Part shown: positions 47,701 to 58,507 of the stretch, one piece after another
How the letters are laid out: every line of letters starts with the position of its first letter
Numbering within the stretch: the first letter of the stretch is position 1
DNA from: Zancudomyces culisetae HAW-14-8
Taxonomy: Eukaryota > Fungi > Kickxellomycota
Assembly: GCA_052426225.1 (NCBI GenBank)
Contig: JBNJNM010000019.1
Coordinates: 62,001-126,000 of the forward strand
Length of the DNA stretch: 64,000 nucleotides
Direction of reading: 5' to 3'
The notes under the pieces: model-generated
Told to the model about the DNA's origin: nothing
Databases searched by the model: none
The model's input: the letters and a program-made list of their open reading frames with translations, nothing else
Made by a program: the position numbers and the translations under genes

Positions 47701-50700
47701 ATTGAAAATCAAAATCAAAATCAAAACCAAAACCAAAACCAACATCACAGTTACATTCACATTGTGTTACTCGAGTCACAATACTCTTTTGTTCACCATT
47801 GATTGGTATTATTACGTGGTATATCTCCACCACTCCCTTGAAATACCCAACCATAAACCACTTTTCAATCCATTTCTTATTATTCTGCAAAGATTGGCCA
47901 AGAACAAACGACTCTATTTTTGTCACCGAATCATTGTGATCAATTGGCATTTCCCAGTCTACAGAAATTTGTGTAAAAGTATTGCTTTGTCTCTGGAGAC
48001 TCAAAAGTACCAGTTTGTGTTGTTCTATTTTGTTTGTTGGCAAACATGATGAGAGACTCATTACAATTTTGTCTGTACCTTTCAACACACCCGCATTTGT
48101 AACCTTGTAGTGTTGGTTTGCATCAAAGATTTCATTCACATGACACTTGTAAAGTCTTTTCAATTCAAACTTATTATTACTATTCCTACAAGAACAAGTA
48201 TCAGCACATGCTCCATTCTTTTCTTTTGTTGAATGAGTACAGATTTCAGAGTCATACATATTTCTGCATGTTAATAGGATCAAATGGATTTCGAATTCGT
48301 ATACTAACAGTACCAGTAATCCATGATCACCATGATCACCAAAACCACTTCTTATAGCAGTGTTAATGGTAGATTGGTTTTGTATTTCACCAATATAAAC
48401 CAATTTCTTTCCACTTTCAGACTCGAAAAATTCATTTACTTGGTCAATATTACAATTAATTCCCCCATCCTGCCCCACCAAAGTAGCATGTGAGAACCTT
48501 GTTGATGTCGATTCTATCAACATAATCAAACTGCTTTTTTTTTCATTTCCAATTCCAATTCCAATTCCAAGATTCAAACTAAAAACGTTTGTCACTGAAT
48601 GATGTTGACTTTGACTTTTATCTCGATTGATAAATCTGCTAGATATGCATTTGTTCACCCGGACTCCACAACCAATGACCAAGTGATTAGTCGAAACCAA
48701 CGAATCTAAATTTACATTTGTTCCAAAATCATATGATCTCGCTGCACAAAAATCATCAATTTTGTTGTTCGTACTAGAATATACCACTTTTTTACCCGGA
48801 ACTAGACTCAATACATTCCTCATTCCCTCTTTTGCCACACTTTCCCCTCCTGGAAATTGAGCTCCAAAATATTTAGCAACATGTTTACTTGAAATATCAT
48901 TCACAGTATCATACTGTTGAACATTCCAATCGTACAATTCAGCATTGTAAAGGCTTTGATCTATCAAGTACACTCTGTTTCTTTTATTTTCATGCAATAT
49001 ATCAAAATGATCCAATATCCAACTATCCATTATATCCACTAAATACTGGCTTTGATCCATATACATATACATATCTGCATCTGCATCTGCATCTGCCTCT
49101 AAATCTGCCTCTACATCTGGATCTGGATCTGCATCTACATTCATCATCTTCATTTCTTCTTCCGCTCTAGTTTCAGCTAGCGATAAAAGTCGCCATTGAT
49201 ACTGCCGTTGCCACGAATCATAATACACAGCTCTTGCAGTCTTGGGTGATACAACCGTATCCTGTTTTGCTCTATTTTCCCTTTCTTTGCTGCTTTTGCG
49301 CTTGTTTTTTTCTCCTGAAAACATCACTGAAACCAGCACATTGTCACATCCTTGCCCGCCAAGATATACTAGCTCTGTCATTGTCTTTATCTTGGCCCTC
49401 TTCACACCATTAAATCCACACACTACTTTTTTCACTTCCATCCTGCTTGCCACATTGTTATCACCACAACCAGTAAAACCAAATATGCTTTCCACCGCAT
49501 GTTCTTCCTTGATAATCCTATCTACCACTGATATTACCAATGACCCTGTTTTCATTACATTCCACTCGCCTATCCTTTCGCGATTTGCACCTGTTTGCTG
49601 CTCATTGATATTGTTGTTCCTATGCTTATTTTTATGCTTATTTCTATCGGCATTGTTATTTGGTCTGATTATCTGCATTTCAATCCTGGGCTCTTCAGTC
49701 ACTTGAACTAATACCAAATATCCATTGCTTGTAGTCATGTATATATTTTCCACCTCTTTATTTTTTGTCATCCTCTCACATTCCCCAATGCCTAGACTCC
49801 CGCTACTTGATAATTCCCATCCAACCACTTCTCCCAATGTAACCACTGATTCGTCTTCATACTGTAAATAAACAACTTCCTTTTCTTTGCTATTACATGG
49901 ATTTTGTGGATTTTTTCCCTCTATATTTTCTTTGGTATTCTCTATGTCTATTTTCATACTCGTTGTACAATTCGAATCTGTTCCGCCTGCTTTTGTTTTT
50001 TTTAAATCTGTTTGCACTATCGCATTTTCCCACCATCGCTTCCCTCTACCTCTACCTCTACCCCTACCTCCATCTTTTTCCCTTTCTCTACCTCCTCCTC
50101 TCGCTCCCCCTCCTCCTACACCTTCTCTACTCTCACTACTAATAGATTCTATTGATGTCTCATTTATCCCAGACGAAAGTGTTGCCTCACCCTCTACAAA
50201 ACCATATCCTGTACTTTTATCCCGCTGTCCACCAACTGCGTCGCTTTTGTCAACTTTTCTTTTCCACCCAAAAATCTTCCCACTAATTGGAACTGTATAA
50301 AAATTAACCTCCCCACACATCACCTGTAAGCCTTTTACAAACATCAGCGTTTCGTTTTTGGTAACCACTAACGCCGAATTTGCCATACTTTTTAGTGGTA
50401 TCATCATTTTCGGTATCTGGTGTTTTGATAACGGCAACCGTCCCCGCACATCCGCCTCCCATACGACTTGCCCACTACTACTTGCTTCTTTTAACACCTC
50501 TAGTAATTGCAAATTCGCATCTCTTACCCCCTCAAACCCCAATGTCTCCATATCATTTTCTAATTCCATAAACGCACCCTCATCTTTTACTACAGATACC
50601 AGCAACGAGATTCCTATCTTCTTCAACGTCTTACTGGTTCGTTCTTTACCCAAAAAGCATATATCTGTAATCGTCCCTCCAAAATCTTCAAACACCAATT

Positions 50701-51520
50701 CCTTCACCACTACTTGCCTCATATCCTCCCTATTTACATCTAATATCAAAAGCTCCAGCTTCTCAGACATAATCGCTACTATACGTTCCTCCTGCTGCAC
50801 CACTATTTTTTTTCTTTTGAAATTGTCGTTGCCTATCAGCTTCGTATTAAGCTGTCTCACCTCCCACTTGATCCCGCTTCTTCCATTGTCAATCGCCTTC
50901 AATAGTGCCAACCCTCCTTCTCCTCCCATACACAAAATTGTATCGCCTTCTTCCTCCAACTCCCTTGCTTTAATTATTTCTATATCTACTATCGCCGTGT
51001 TAGACTTTTTTTCCGCTACTTTCTTTAATCGGCCATCATGCATAACCCGATACAGCTCGATCTTGTATTTTTTCAATAATATCATTTCTGGTCCGTCAAA
51101 GCCCGAAAATCGCCCAGACAAGCTTTTTATTGTCTGTGAATTTTCAATTCTCTTATGTGCATATATATACCCACCTTCCGTCCCCAAATCGCAACCACCG
51201 TTCATCCTTTCGACATATTTTGTAAATTCGTTGTTTTCAATCTCCTTTTGCCTTATCAGTTCGGTATTCCATCTTTTATCATAACTACTGGTATTAAGCA
51301 TCGAATTTACATCTTCAACCGTCGTCGAATTGTACTTGTATCGATATTTACCCTGTTTATCAATGTAATACAGCTGTTCATTTGTGCGTTCTGTCGCCCC
51401 TTCACTGTTCTCATCCCCAAATCCCGACCATTTCCTAGCCGTGACGCGATCTGTATCTACAATCGAGTTGTCACTACTATATATTTCATCCTCATACTCC
51501 CTATTTTCTATAAAATCCAT
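44795..51520 (-). CDS. Large, divergent DDB1/Rse1/CPSF-A superfamily beta-propeller protein (Mms1-like), 2241 aa
   Basis: Intronless ORF. YIYAHKRI..SGRFSG..EMILLKKYKIELYRV..GRLKKV resembles the DDB1/SF3B3/Mms1 N-terminal propeller. ITDICFL, LVVGTRIG, VILGTS..GNLVFYKI and YLAIGSG are propeller-type strands. The exact orthologue is uncertain. Confidence 0.55.
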   Translation of the reverse strand: MDFIENREYEDEIYSSDNSIVDTDRVTARKWSGFGDENSEGATERTNEQLYYIDKQGKYRYKYNSTTVEDVNSMLNTSSYDKRWNTELIRQKEIENNEFTKYVERMNGGCDLGTEGGYIYAHKRIENSQTIKSLSGRFSGFDGPEMILLKKYKIELYRVMHDGRLKKVAEKKSNTAIVDIEIIKARELEEEGDTILCMGGEGGLALLKAIDNGRSGIKWEVRQLNTKLIGNDNFKRKKIVVQQEERIVAIMSEKLELLILDVNREDMRQVVVKELVFEDFGGTITDICFLGKERTSKTLKKIGISLLVSVVKDEGAFMELENDMETLGFEGVRDANLQLLEVLKEASSSGQVVWEADVRGRLPLSKHQIPKMMIPLKSMANSALVVTKNETLMFVKGLQVMCGEVNFYTVPISGKIFGWKRKVDKSDAVGGQRDKSTGYGFVEGEATLSSGINETSIESISSESREGVGGGGARGGGREREKDGGRGRGRGRGKRWWENAIVQTDLKKTKAGGTDSNCTTSMKIDIENTKENIEGKNPQNPCNSKEKEVVYLQYEDESVVTLGEVVGWELSSSGSLGIGECERMTKNKEVENIYMTTSNGYLVLVQVTEEPRIEMQIIRPNNNADRNKHKNKHRNNNINEQQTGANRERIGEWNVMKTGSLVISVVDRIIKEEHAVESIFGFTGCGDNNVASRMEVKKVVCGFNGVKRAKIKTMTELVYLGGQGCDNVLVSVMFSGEKNKRKSSKERENRAKQDTVVSPKTARAVYYDSWQRQYQWRLLSLAETRAEEEMKMMNVDADPDPDVEADLEADADADADMYMYMDQSQYLVDIMDSWILDHFDILHENKRNRVYLIDQSLYNAELYDWNVQQYDTVNDISSKHVAKYFGAQFPGGESVAKEGMRNVLSLVPGKKVVYSSTNNKIDDFCAARSYDFGTNVNLDSLVSTNHLVIGCGVRVNKCISSRFINRDKSQSQHHSVTNVFSLNLGIGIGIGNEKKSSLIMLIESTSTRFSHATLVGQDGGINCNIDQVNEFFESESGKKLVYIGEIQNQSTINTAIRSGFGDHGDHGLLVLLVYEFEIHLILLTCRNMYDSEICTHSTKEKNGACADTCSCRNSNNKFELKRLYKCHVNEIFDANQHYKVTNAGVLKGTDKIVMSLSSCLPTNKIEQHKLVLLSLQRQSNTFTQISVDWEMPIDHNDSVTKIESFVLGQSLQNNKKWIEKWFMVGYFKGVVEIYHVIIPINGEQKSIVTRVTQCECNCDVGFGFGFDFDFDFQCKRKSFFEQNLVYPIVNSLAILENPQHQKENIIVLVVGTRIGILFTFKIYINYNLDQSKPQPSDVSPPQLILLPFRFSTNCIDFGTNSPIYMMGMTTATIDNQSVSSSLLVFSGSTGYKCSLAKGFNSKLEFERLVIPHFENKQDQIEYIFTANTNDDTYVDTYVDTDTARQQCNYGFEQPIKNVILYSDMNKIYTVSIYMESQPIIYSSIGCDNHHTHNNNNNNNNHGNDNYNDNDNKENELMKNTNSRFTSIKNLQTQTTLSILTSLTPELIVGVSTDSNNVFLLEQCSTCIKVISCVELARNQQINCITQWRIPTWFFRKKNKGMGLNSKRVMGHYHVYNGFVILGTSQPLFYSNNNTNTSANANTNINANTSNNSNGKILGNLVFYKIKNNHLKYVWEKKFNSPVTCIHPLEHNTSCTDLENTIDSFDDNSPVEYPSYDGDSRYLAIGSGCNLIICKLLLNKKWVECATYNCGWDISNIKSIQFTNKPNNTNNTNDEAESESEFEFQPSWLISACSHTLGLLTFLFTPLNTDTPESQPNNDQLVWLNSANSGSLTLNCMFLNHSLVASIHKSGIFNLYSLPSVNTIDSSFNINNNNIPILENCLAFLKTPATPSSLLFHSTTNNQLLTTAYIHVVSRLRTDISLYLSTIPTTSLCTKDSPYSALLSTSNIKCGLDIISSFSLNRHSSSSSSKSSTCEFPNQFNLNCIFTPKYYSSPFISTLPKSNNNNNNNNNNNNRFLSRDSHSKSSNTIFTISTNTNNWWSVSLVNHHVYSLLDFFKRTYHTHASTLLVSDHTLFADNTHRSSSTFSSSFSSSFSSSPTLFSEPSCSSSYQSHSTTPTASPIIIDNDTELPLLDLISSHPDIFIKPHLSTLYPLIVKIITNCLLMEAGDLSAQQEPHKIFKAPNSSMYLYDLVSFLVTRNYFFQTNNAGPTAEFDYHYDYDYEYELVLYVTKSILYDLETFW

Positions 51521-52836
51521 ACTTTTTTTTTACCTACTTTATATTTTTTCTAGATTCAATTTATGTTTTGTTGAATTGTCCATTCTGGAGAATATACTGA
51601 AGCTATTTTTTTTAAACGTTTTTTTCTGGATATAAAAAATGAAAATAAACCATAAATCGATTTCTAAGCTCAAACTTTATCCCGCTTTTTTTGTATTTTG
51701 ATAGGAAAGTGTAGAGTGGAAAAAGTTTGCTAAACCTGAAACACATACAGTCACCAAGTCTTCTTGACAAACTTAACTATGAGTGGAGGGAAAGAGAAGA
51801 TAAGATAAGATAGAAGAGGAGAGGAGAGGAGAGGAGAGAGGTATTATTCACTTTGTTTACCTTGGCAAATATATTTTTGACATATACTAAACCTTTTACC
51901 TGTCAGAATTTCGCTGTTCAGTCTGTGTAAGTGGTAGTCACATATACATACACAAAGTTGAATTGTTCATGGTTAGAATAAAAGGGGGATTCTTCGGTGA
52001 ACGTAATACCCAGTTCCGCCTTGAAAAATTAGCATACACAACCTACACAAGATATCCAAAGGTAATTTTTCTTTTAGGACCTGAAAGAGAAGGAAAAATA
52101 GAGAGGGCGGATGCTACCTTACCTGTATTAAAAAACTTTAACCTTTGTAACCACTTTTGTGCCAGCTTAATAAACATATACATTTACAAGAATGTTTGAA
52201 ACAATTTGATTCTTGTACTTACCGATAGATGCATAATCGCGCCTTGTAGCTTTGAAATGCGTGATTACCAATATTGGGAAAGGCTTTGACGTAAATCAAG
52301 TTAAAATACGCTTTCTTTCCTGTCAATTTCAAAATTTATTGCATTTGATTCTAGTTGAGTCGATCATCTGACCTTACTTCCCGTTTTGTATTTCCTCAGA
52401 ATAGACATAGGTTTCACCATTTAAGCCAACCAGAAATCCGTAATAATAACATTTCGTCTATATATAACGTTTTCAAATATTACGCAAAGTCGCTCGATGT
52501 AAAATTTTAAAGTAAATTAAAAACGTATATAAGCGCATTCACGTCCTCCCCCCCTTTGAAAAACTAATGTGCTAAAACATATCATAATATAATAGAGGGG
52601 AAATAAACTACAACAAAACACAATCGTGATAATTATTTATTCAATTCTAACAGCGATTGTCGAGTTTTACGCGTTGTTTATAAATACTTTGTTTGGCTGT
52701 GCATGCATGATAGAAAGAAAAACATTCGCCCAGCGGAAAAGGTATCATAATACTAGGATTAAAGATTTAAACTGAACAAGCAACTAAACAAATCACGCAA
52801 TACAAGGGTTGAGGGAGAGACAGTTATTTGAAAAAA

Positions 52837-53517
52837 ATGGCCGCAGCAGCTTTTATTATAATAGCCCAACTGTTTGTGCTATTTTCAATACTATTGCGAG
52901 GATATCTAGTCTTTAGACAAGGGAGAAGGAATAGAGCAAATGGTGCTCGACATCAAGAACTAACACCCGTGGAAACAACAAGTACCCAGCGAGATGAACT
53001 ACCCAAATATATTTCAGAAAAGCTAGAAGGAGACCATAGCACTTCTTCAGAATATGAACCGACACCAAAATTAGTGACGGATCGAGAACTCCAATGTTTT
53101 AGAATAGTGACATATGAAAATATAATAAAGCCAGAAAAAGCCGTGTGTAAACCCCCAAAACATTTCAACTCTACTGTGAACGTAAATAATGATTATAGTA
53201 GTAATAATTTACAAGTACTTCAGATTCCAAACGATAGTGGAATGGTGAAACAAGACCCCAACAACGCTACTATGCATATTGATATGGAGAATAATTCCGA
53301 CACACCAATTTATTATGAAAACTTTCACAATTGCAAATTATGTAATGGTGGTTTATTTAGTTCCGACCTTGTCAGAGACTTGCCATGCAAACATGCATTC
53401 CATCAAAATTGTGTGGATTGGTATCTAAATAATGTATCCAAAATGTGTCCAGTTTGCAAGATAGATTTAAAATATGAGGCAAACATGGTAGTAAACCTAC
53501 AGCATCCAAAGGTTTAG
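52837..53517 (+). CDS. Single-TM RING-H2 E3 ubiquitin ligase (ATL-like architecture)
   Basis: ATG at 52837. TM segment AFIIIAQLFVLFSILL; CKLC..LPCKHAFHQNC..CPVC. Confidence 0.82.
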   Translation: MAAAAFIIIAQLFVLFSILLRGYLVFRQGRRNRANGARHQELTPVETTSTQRDELPKYISEKLEGDHSTSSEYEPTPKLVTDRELQCFRIVTYENIIKPEKAVCKPPKHFNSTVNVNNDYSSNNLQVLQIPNDSGMVKQDPNNATMHIDMENNSDTPIYYENFHNCKLCNGGLFSSDLVRDLPCKHAFHQNCVDWYLNNVSKMCPVCKIDLKYEANMVVNLQHPKV

Positions 53518-53913
53518 AAAGTATGTGCTGTCTTTTCTTTTATTTAACTTTGCACATTTAATACACCAGAAAACCAGAATCTGAAACCGTTTGATTTTTT
53601 TGACTCTTGAATCTTTTAGGAATGTAGTTGATTGCTTATATATATTTATATATATGTAGGTTAGATAAATAGGGTTCATGTATTATTTAGAATTAGAAAT
53701 TCACTACAATAGTAGTAAAAAATTATGTGATGTAACAAAAAGATTATCTCGAATAAACATATATAAATGTTACACATCTAAAAAGGGAGATAAAAAGATG
53801 CAACTCTGGTACAATATACATTGAGTCGTCTTTTACTGCCAGTATCGAAATAAGACGATGCTAGGTTGTGAACTCTGAGCTAGTGTGTTTTCTTTTTTAA
53901 AAATCAAGTCAAA

Positions 53914-55005
53914 TCACGAACTATCTTTGTCCAGCAAGTTACTTAACCGTTCTAATGTCGCCTAAGTATCAAAATAAACACGGTGCACACCAAAAAGTTA
54001 TTTAAGATACTACAGGAAATGAATTGAGAAGAACAAAGTATATATGCTTACCTTCCCCGCCTCTGTTAATTTATCGATATCACAAGGATCGGTAAAGTAA
54101 GAGGCTTCAGTTTCATTGAGTACTTCTAAAGGTGAAATTTTTAAAACAGACGAATCACCACTATCTGTGTTCAAGTCGCCTTCTCCTATTGAAGAATCGT
54201 TTGTCTTATGAACTAAGGATTCCATCCCATACTCATAATCATACTCAATACCCGAATCTTTTTGGACTTGACAAAACTCATTATTTGGAGCACAAGTATC
54301 TGAAAATGCTTGGTTATTCTGGTAATCCAAAAGGTCTTGGGGATCGGAAAAAGATGGTGGAAGAAGGGATATTGCTTTGCATAAAGCAGTGTAGAGCTCA
54401 TCAACTATTATGGTATTCCATATTTTAGCAATTGAAAGCTCAAACTGTATTTTTCTACTACTCTATAAATAAAACTAAAATCGACTGACATAAAAAGTGG
54501 ACTTACGCTTGTTCAAATCCTGGTGAAAAATAAACAATTCAGAAAATTGAATTTCCTCCTCGAGATTTTGATCCCAGGAATCATCCGCACTCTCGTTCTC
54601 ATTGTATGAGCCATTTAGACTTTCGACATTTATGCTTTCCTTGCTGCCTGAAAGGTGGGAATCCTCTTGAGAAGCATTGTTGACAACAGAGGATGGGAAT
54701 GAGAGCTCTAGTTGTAAATAGATGCAATCTCCCAGATTATTTTCGTTCTCGGAATCTACTTTATCCTGTTTTGATGATCTTGCGTACAAAGCAATAGAGT
54801 CGTAGGCAATGCTAAATCCAGAGTTTTGAACAGCTGAAAAAATAACTAGGTGTGTTGCTGTTATATATACAGACAGCGGTTCCTTGGCAATTGTAAACGC
54901 TGGTCTTATTCGTACATCACTTAATGAATGCCTGGGCATGTCGCTTTCATTACTTAGGCTACCTGCTATGAATTCCGGACTATTGTTTAGAATTGTGAAC
55001 GACAT
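53914..55005 (-). CDS. Methylosome subunit pICln/Lot5-like (3 exons: 55005-54507, 54404-54052, 53961-53914; 299 aa)
   Basis: VYIT..LVIFS..GFSIAYDSIALYA..CIYLQL, LDELYTALC and the C-terminal LTEAGKATLERLSNLL match ICln motifs. GT-AG phases are consistent. Confidence 0.85.
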
Positions 55006-56437
55006 TTTTCCTTTCAGTTTTTCACGTTTTGCAGTATTTCTTGCACCAAACTTGAATATTTGACAAGTTGATAATTCGGGGATAAAACAGTTGAATTGAG
55101 TGAGTATTTGATGAGGAAAGCGGTAAACACAATTAAAAATGGTTGATGGAACCTTTCTAGCTTTGTTAGCTCACTTTTAAATTAAACAAAATTAAGCAAG
55201 GAATCCCACTAGCTTTGCCAAATCTCGATAAAATAACGAGTCAAAGTTTATTTAAATTAGTTAGACTGCTTTTCATTTTTCCAAGAAAAAATAATTAAGG
55301 CTAACAACTCTGAGAAACGGCGAGTATAGGTTAGTGCTCTTAATCTCGACAGCTTTTACTAGATTTTAAATATGCACTTTAGGTAATACGAGCAACTTTT
55401 TGTCTGCTATGGTTGATAACTTTAGTATTTATTGAAAGAAGCACCAAAGATATATACCACGTTGTTAACATTTGGTTTTTATAATAAACTACAAGTCCAG
55501 TTTGGTGATAGCGAATGGGGTAATATGGTTTGATAAATTAGTTCTTAATATTTTGTTTATACGCTTTTTTGTTATTATTATTATAGTGATTATTAAAACC
55601 TACATCAACTCGAAAGAAATACAAATGTTATATCCGACAATAGTAGTTCACGAAATTATAATCAACATTTATTAGGTAGGTTGAGGAGGCAGAGGTAACA
55701 GAAATAGATAGATAAACTCCCTTTTAAAGTATATAAATAAATAAACTAGTAATTTAGCTAGCTAGAAAGTTAGTTAGTTAGCTAGTTAGTTGTGAAGATA
55801 GCTTAAATAAAGTTACAATATAAGCCGCAACAAGACAACAAACGATCCTGGTAACAACGGAAAGTTAACATGGAATTAACAGTTGTTGGAAATACCAAGT
55901 AACAATAACTGATATTTTATAATATATATTACACCAAGATTGGTTTGGTCAAAATTCATACTCACATATATCAATTTAGGTAATATCGGTACCACAAAAA
56001 AAATTTCTGTACACTTATTTATCTTGTTTTACTTGATGAATTATATTATCTTAAAAAAACACCCAAATTAGGTGGTGTTGGTATAAAAGTAGCAAATAAA
56101 AGGCGAAATTAGAAATTGGGTGTGAATCTATGGAACTGATATGAAAACTACACACAACCATTCGAAGGAATTGATGATTGGAATTCATCAAAAAATTCCA
56201 ATAAGGCAAATGATTTGGGTAAATCAGTAGTTGGTACTAGTAAAAAAAGAATAAACAAAAAAAAGAAAAATAGTATAAAAACAGTTGAATGTGAAAATTA
56301 TCAAGCCGGCATTTTAAACACAAAAGCATCCTACTATCTCTAGGCTTCAAACCAGAGACATCCTTTTAAATTGAATAAAGTTTTTTTTTCCTATAAAGCT
56401 TTCTAGTAGGTATACAAACAACAGCAATCAAAGAGTA

Positions 56438-58117
56438 ATGGAAAGATCAGTTCTGGGGTTGAGCTTTTACGTACACGACTATATTCTGAGTGTATTACTT
56501 TCAATACAGTTTGTTGACGACCTTGTGTTGTTTGCAACTGAGAGCGAATATAGACACATACTGGCAAATCTTATTTACCTACCATTATTGGTATGTGATA
56601 TAAAATGGCTATTAAAATACATCGTCTCGGATCAATGGCTACAAGAAATACTGGTTTTTATTAAGAACATGATTTTGCTTTATCTGTGTTGTTACCAAAT
56701 ATCGGGAAAAATTCGGAAAACAGTAAAGGAACTAGCCGTGCCCTATGGTTTAAAAAAAGTAAAATGCATAGAGGCAAGTATTAACAGTAACTCTTTGAAG
56801 GGGTACAAAGGCAAACGTAAGGTTTATGGGAAGCACATGAACCAAAATCTGTGTATAATTAATACGAATAAAAGGAGAAGTGTTTTGATCGGCGGAAGGT
56901 TTTCATCAGAGTACGTAAAGCACCCAGACATAATATTCAATAAAAATCGGGCTTTCCTAAAAAATCACCACAAACACACAATACTAGCCAGAGGAATGCA
57001 CGTGAATGATATTCTATACAGCAGATACTTGTTACACTTTCTGTCGTATGTCGATTTGAGCGAATCGATGGAGGCAATTCAACCAACTCTGGAACAAGTA
57101 ATTAGAAGAGAAATTATATCATCTGGAAGCGTGTATAATGGAAATGAGGTTGTGGTTAACAACTTGTATGAGACAGTAAAAAATATGGTTAGATTCGCCA
57201 TAGTATTTAGATTTTTTGGACCATATGCAATAAAGGATAAGGATTTGGTTGAAAGTTTGAAAAAAGTGATGAAGCCAGTCAATATTGGAAGCGATAATGA
57301 TCAGAATTTTTTTTCAGCACTATTTACTGCGGGATATTTGGGCAATAACTACTTTTTTGAGTATTTTGAACTTGAGTCGAGTCGCAGAAAATATCTTCCC
57401 GAGTATAGTAAACCAAAGGACATAATACAATTTTTTACAGACAATTTTAGCATTTTCCAAGCGGAGCTAACGAGTGTAGCGTATTGTATACAGACGATTG
57501 TAGCGGTTGGTGTGGAAGTGGCATCAAGGCGGATGTTTAACTTATTTGTAGAGCTTAGTCTGAGGCCTGACGTCTACAAAGAGTTGCTGCAGGAGCAACA
57601 AGATCTAATTAAAAAAAATGGTGGTAACAACCATATTCCATTTGAGATGTTGGACGAAATGGTGTACTTGGATGCATTTATCAAAGAAACGATCAGGCTT
57701 TCGGGGTCGGATTTATTCATGCCCCGTTGCACAACCCAGGAAGTAGTGATGTCTAATGGGGTGAGTATTTCTAAACACCAATACGTGAGTTTTAACATTC
57801 AGGCGCATAATAGAGATCCCAAGATATTTGGGCCAAATGCGAATGAATTCGACTACAAGCGACACATTCGTCTTGGGCTGAAACTAACAGATGCTTCGCT
57901 GGCTAATTTGATGTGGGGTGCTGGCAATCGGGTCTGTTTAGCAAGAATATATGCAGCTGCACTTATGAAGCTGATGTTAGCGATGATCATTAGAAAATAC
58001 GAGATATGCTCTAACTACTCAATTCAAAAAGACAAACACAGGCAAACCAATTACTCTCACTATACATCACTTAGTGATTTTTGCATAAACAGGGGACTGT
58101 ACTTTAAGATTCGTTGA
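56438..58117 (+). CDS. Divergent cytochrome P450
   Basis: YLDAFIKETIR (ExxR), HNRDPKIFG..EFDYKR (meander region) and the heme motif WGAGNRVCLAR. Confidence 0.88.
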   Translation: MERSVLGLSFYVHDYILSVLLSIQFVDDLVLFATESEYRHILANLIYLPLLVCDIKWLLKYIVSDQWLQEILVFIKNMILLYLCCYQISGKIRKTVKELAVPYGLKKVKCIEASINSNSLKGYKGKRKVYGKHMNQNLCIINTNKRRSVLIGGRFSSEYVKHPDIIFNKNRAFLKNHHKHTILARGMHVNDILYSRYLLHFLSYVDLSESMEAIQPTLEQVIRREIISSGSVYNGNEVVVNNLYETVKNMVRFAIVFRFFGPYAIKDKDLVESLKKVMKPVNIGSDNDQNFFSALFTAGYLGNNYFFEYFELESSRRKYLPEYSKPKDIIQFFTDNFSIFQAELTSVAYCIQTIVAVGVEVASRRMFNLFVELSLRPDVYKELLQEQQDLIKKNGGNNHIPFEMLDEMVYLDAFIKETIRLSGSDLFMPRCTTQEVVMSNGVSISKHQYVSFNIQAHNRDPKIFGPNANEFDYKRHIRLGLKLTDASLANLMWGAGNRVCLARIYAAALMKLMLAMIIRKYEICSNYSIQKDKHRQTNYSHYTSLSDFCINRGLYFKIR

Positions 58118-58507
58118 TTATGTAGTGTACTACATTTTTTTGTTGCTTTGGTCAATAGTTAATTAAATAAAGTGAAGATAATGATGTTTTCGATATCCGA
58201 TCAAAGAGTAAAAGCAGTAGAATAAAGAGAGAGAATGTGAAAAAGTGAAAGAGAGAAAGAGAGAAATAAAAAAGAACAAGGGAAATGAGCAATAAGTATT
58301 GAGTAGTGAGTATTTTGTATTGTGTATTGTGTATCAACTTTTTTTTAATGATATTCGATAGTTTTTTTTTCTTGGTTTACTAGTAATTTCTAAAAACACA
58401 CATTGATGAACCTTTATTTTGCTAGAGATATTAAAGCCTTTACTGAGCTCAAAAAAGTATATTAAACAGAATTAAATAAACGCATAGAATTTTAAAAACT
58501 GGAATCA

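Noticed and set aside
50358-51284. Long antisense ORFs (also 12519..13304, 61260..61766, 63517..63921)
   Set aside because: They are shadows of real genes on the opposite strand.
51796-51841. (AGATA)n/(GAGAG)n run, and the TAGT-type run near 55755-55790, as CRISPR or telomeric arrays
   Set aside because: These are short simple repeats with no spacers, at internal positions in a eukaryotic contig.
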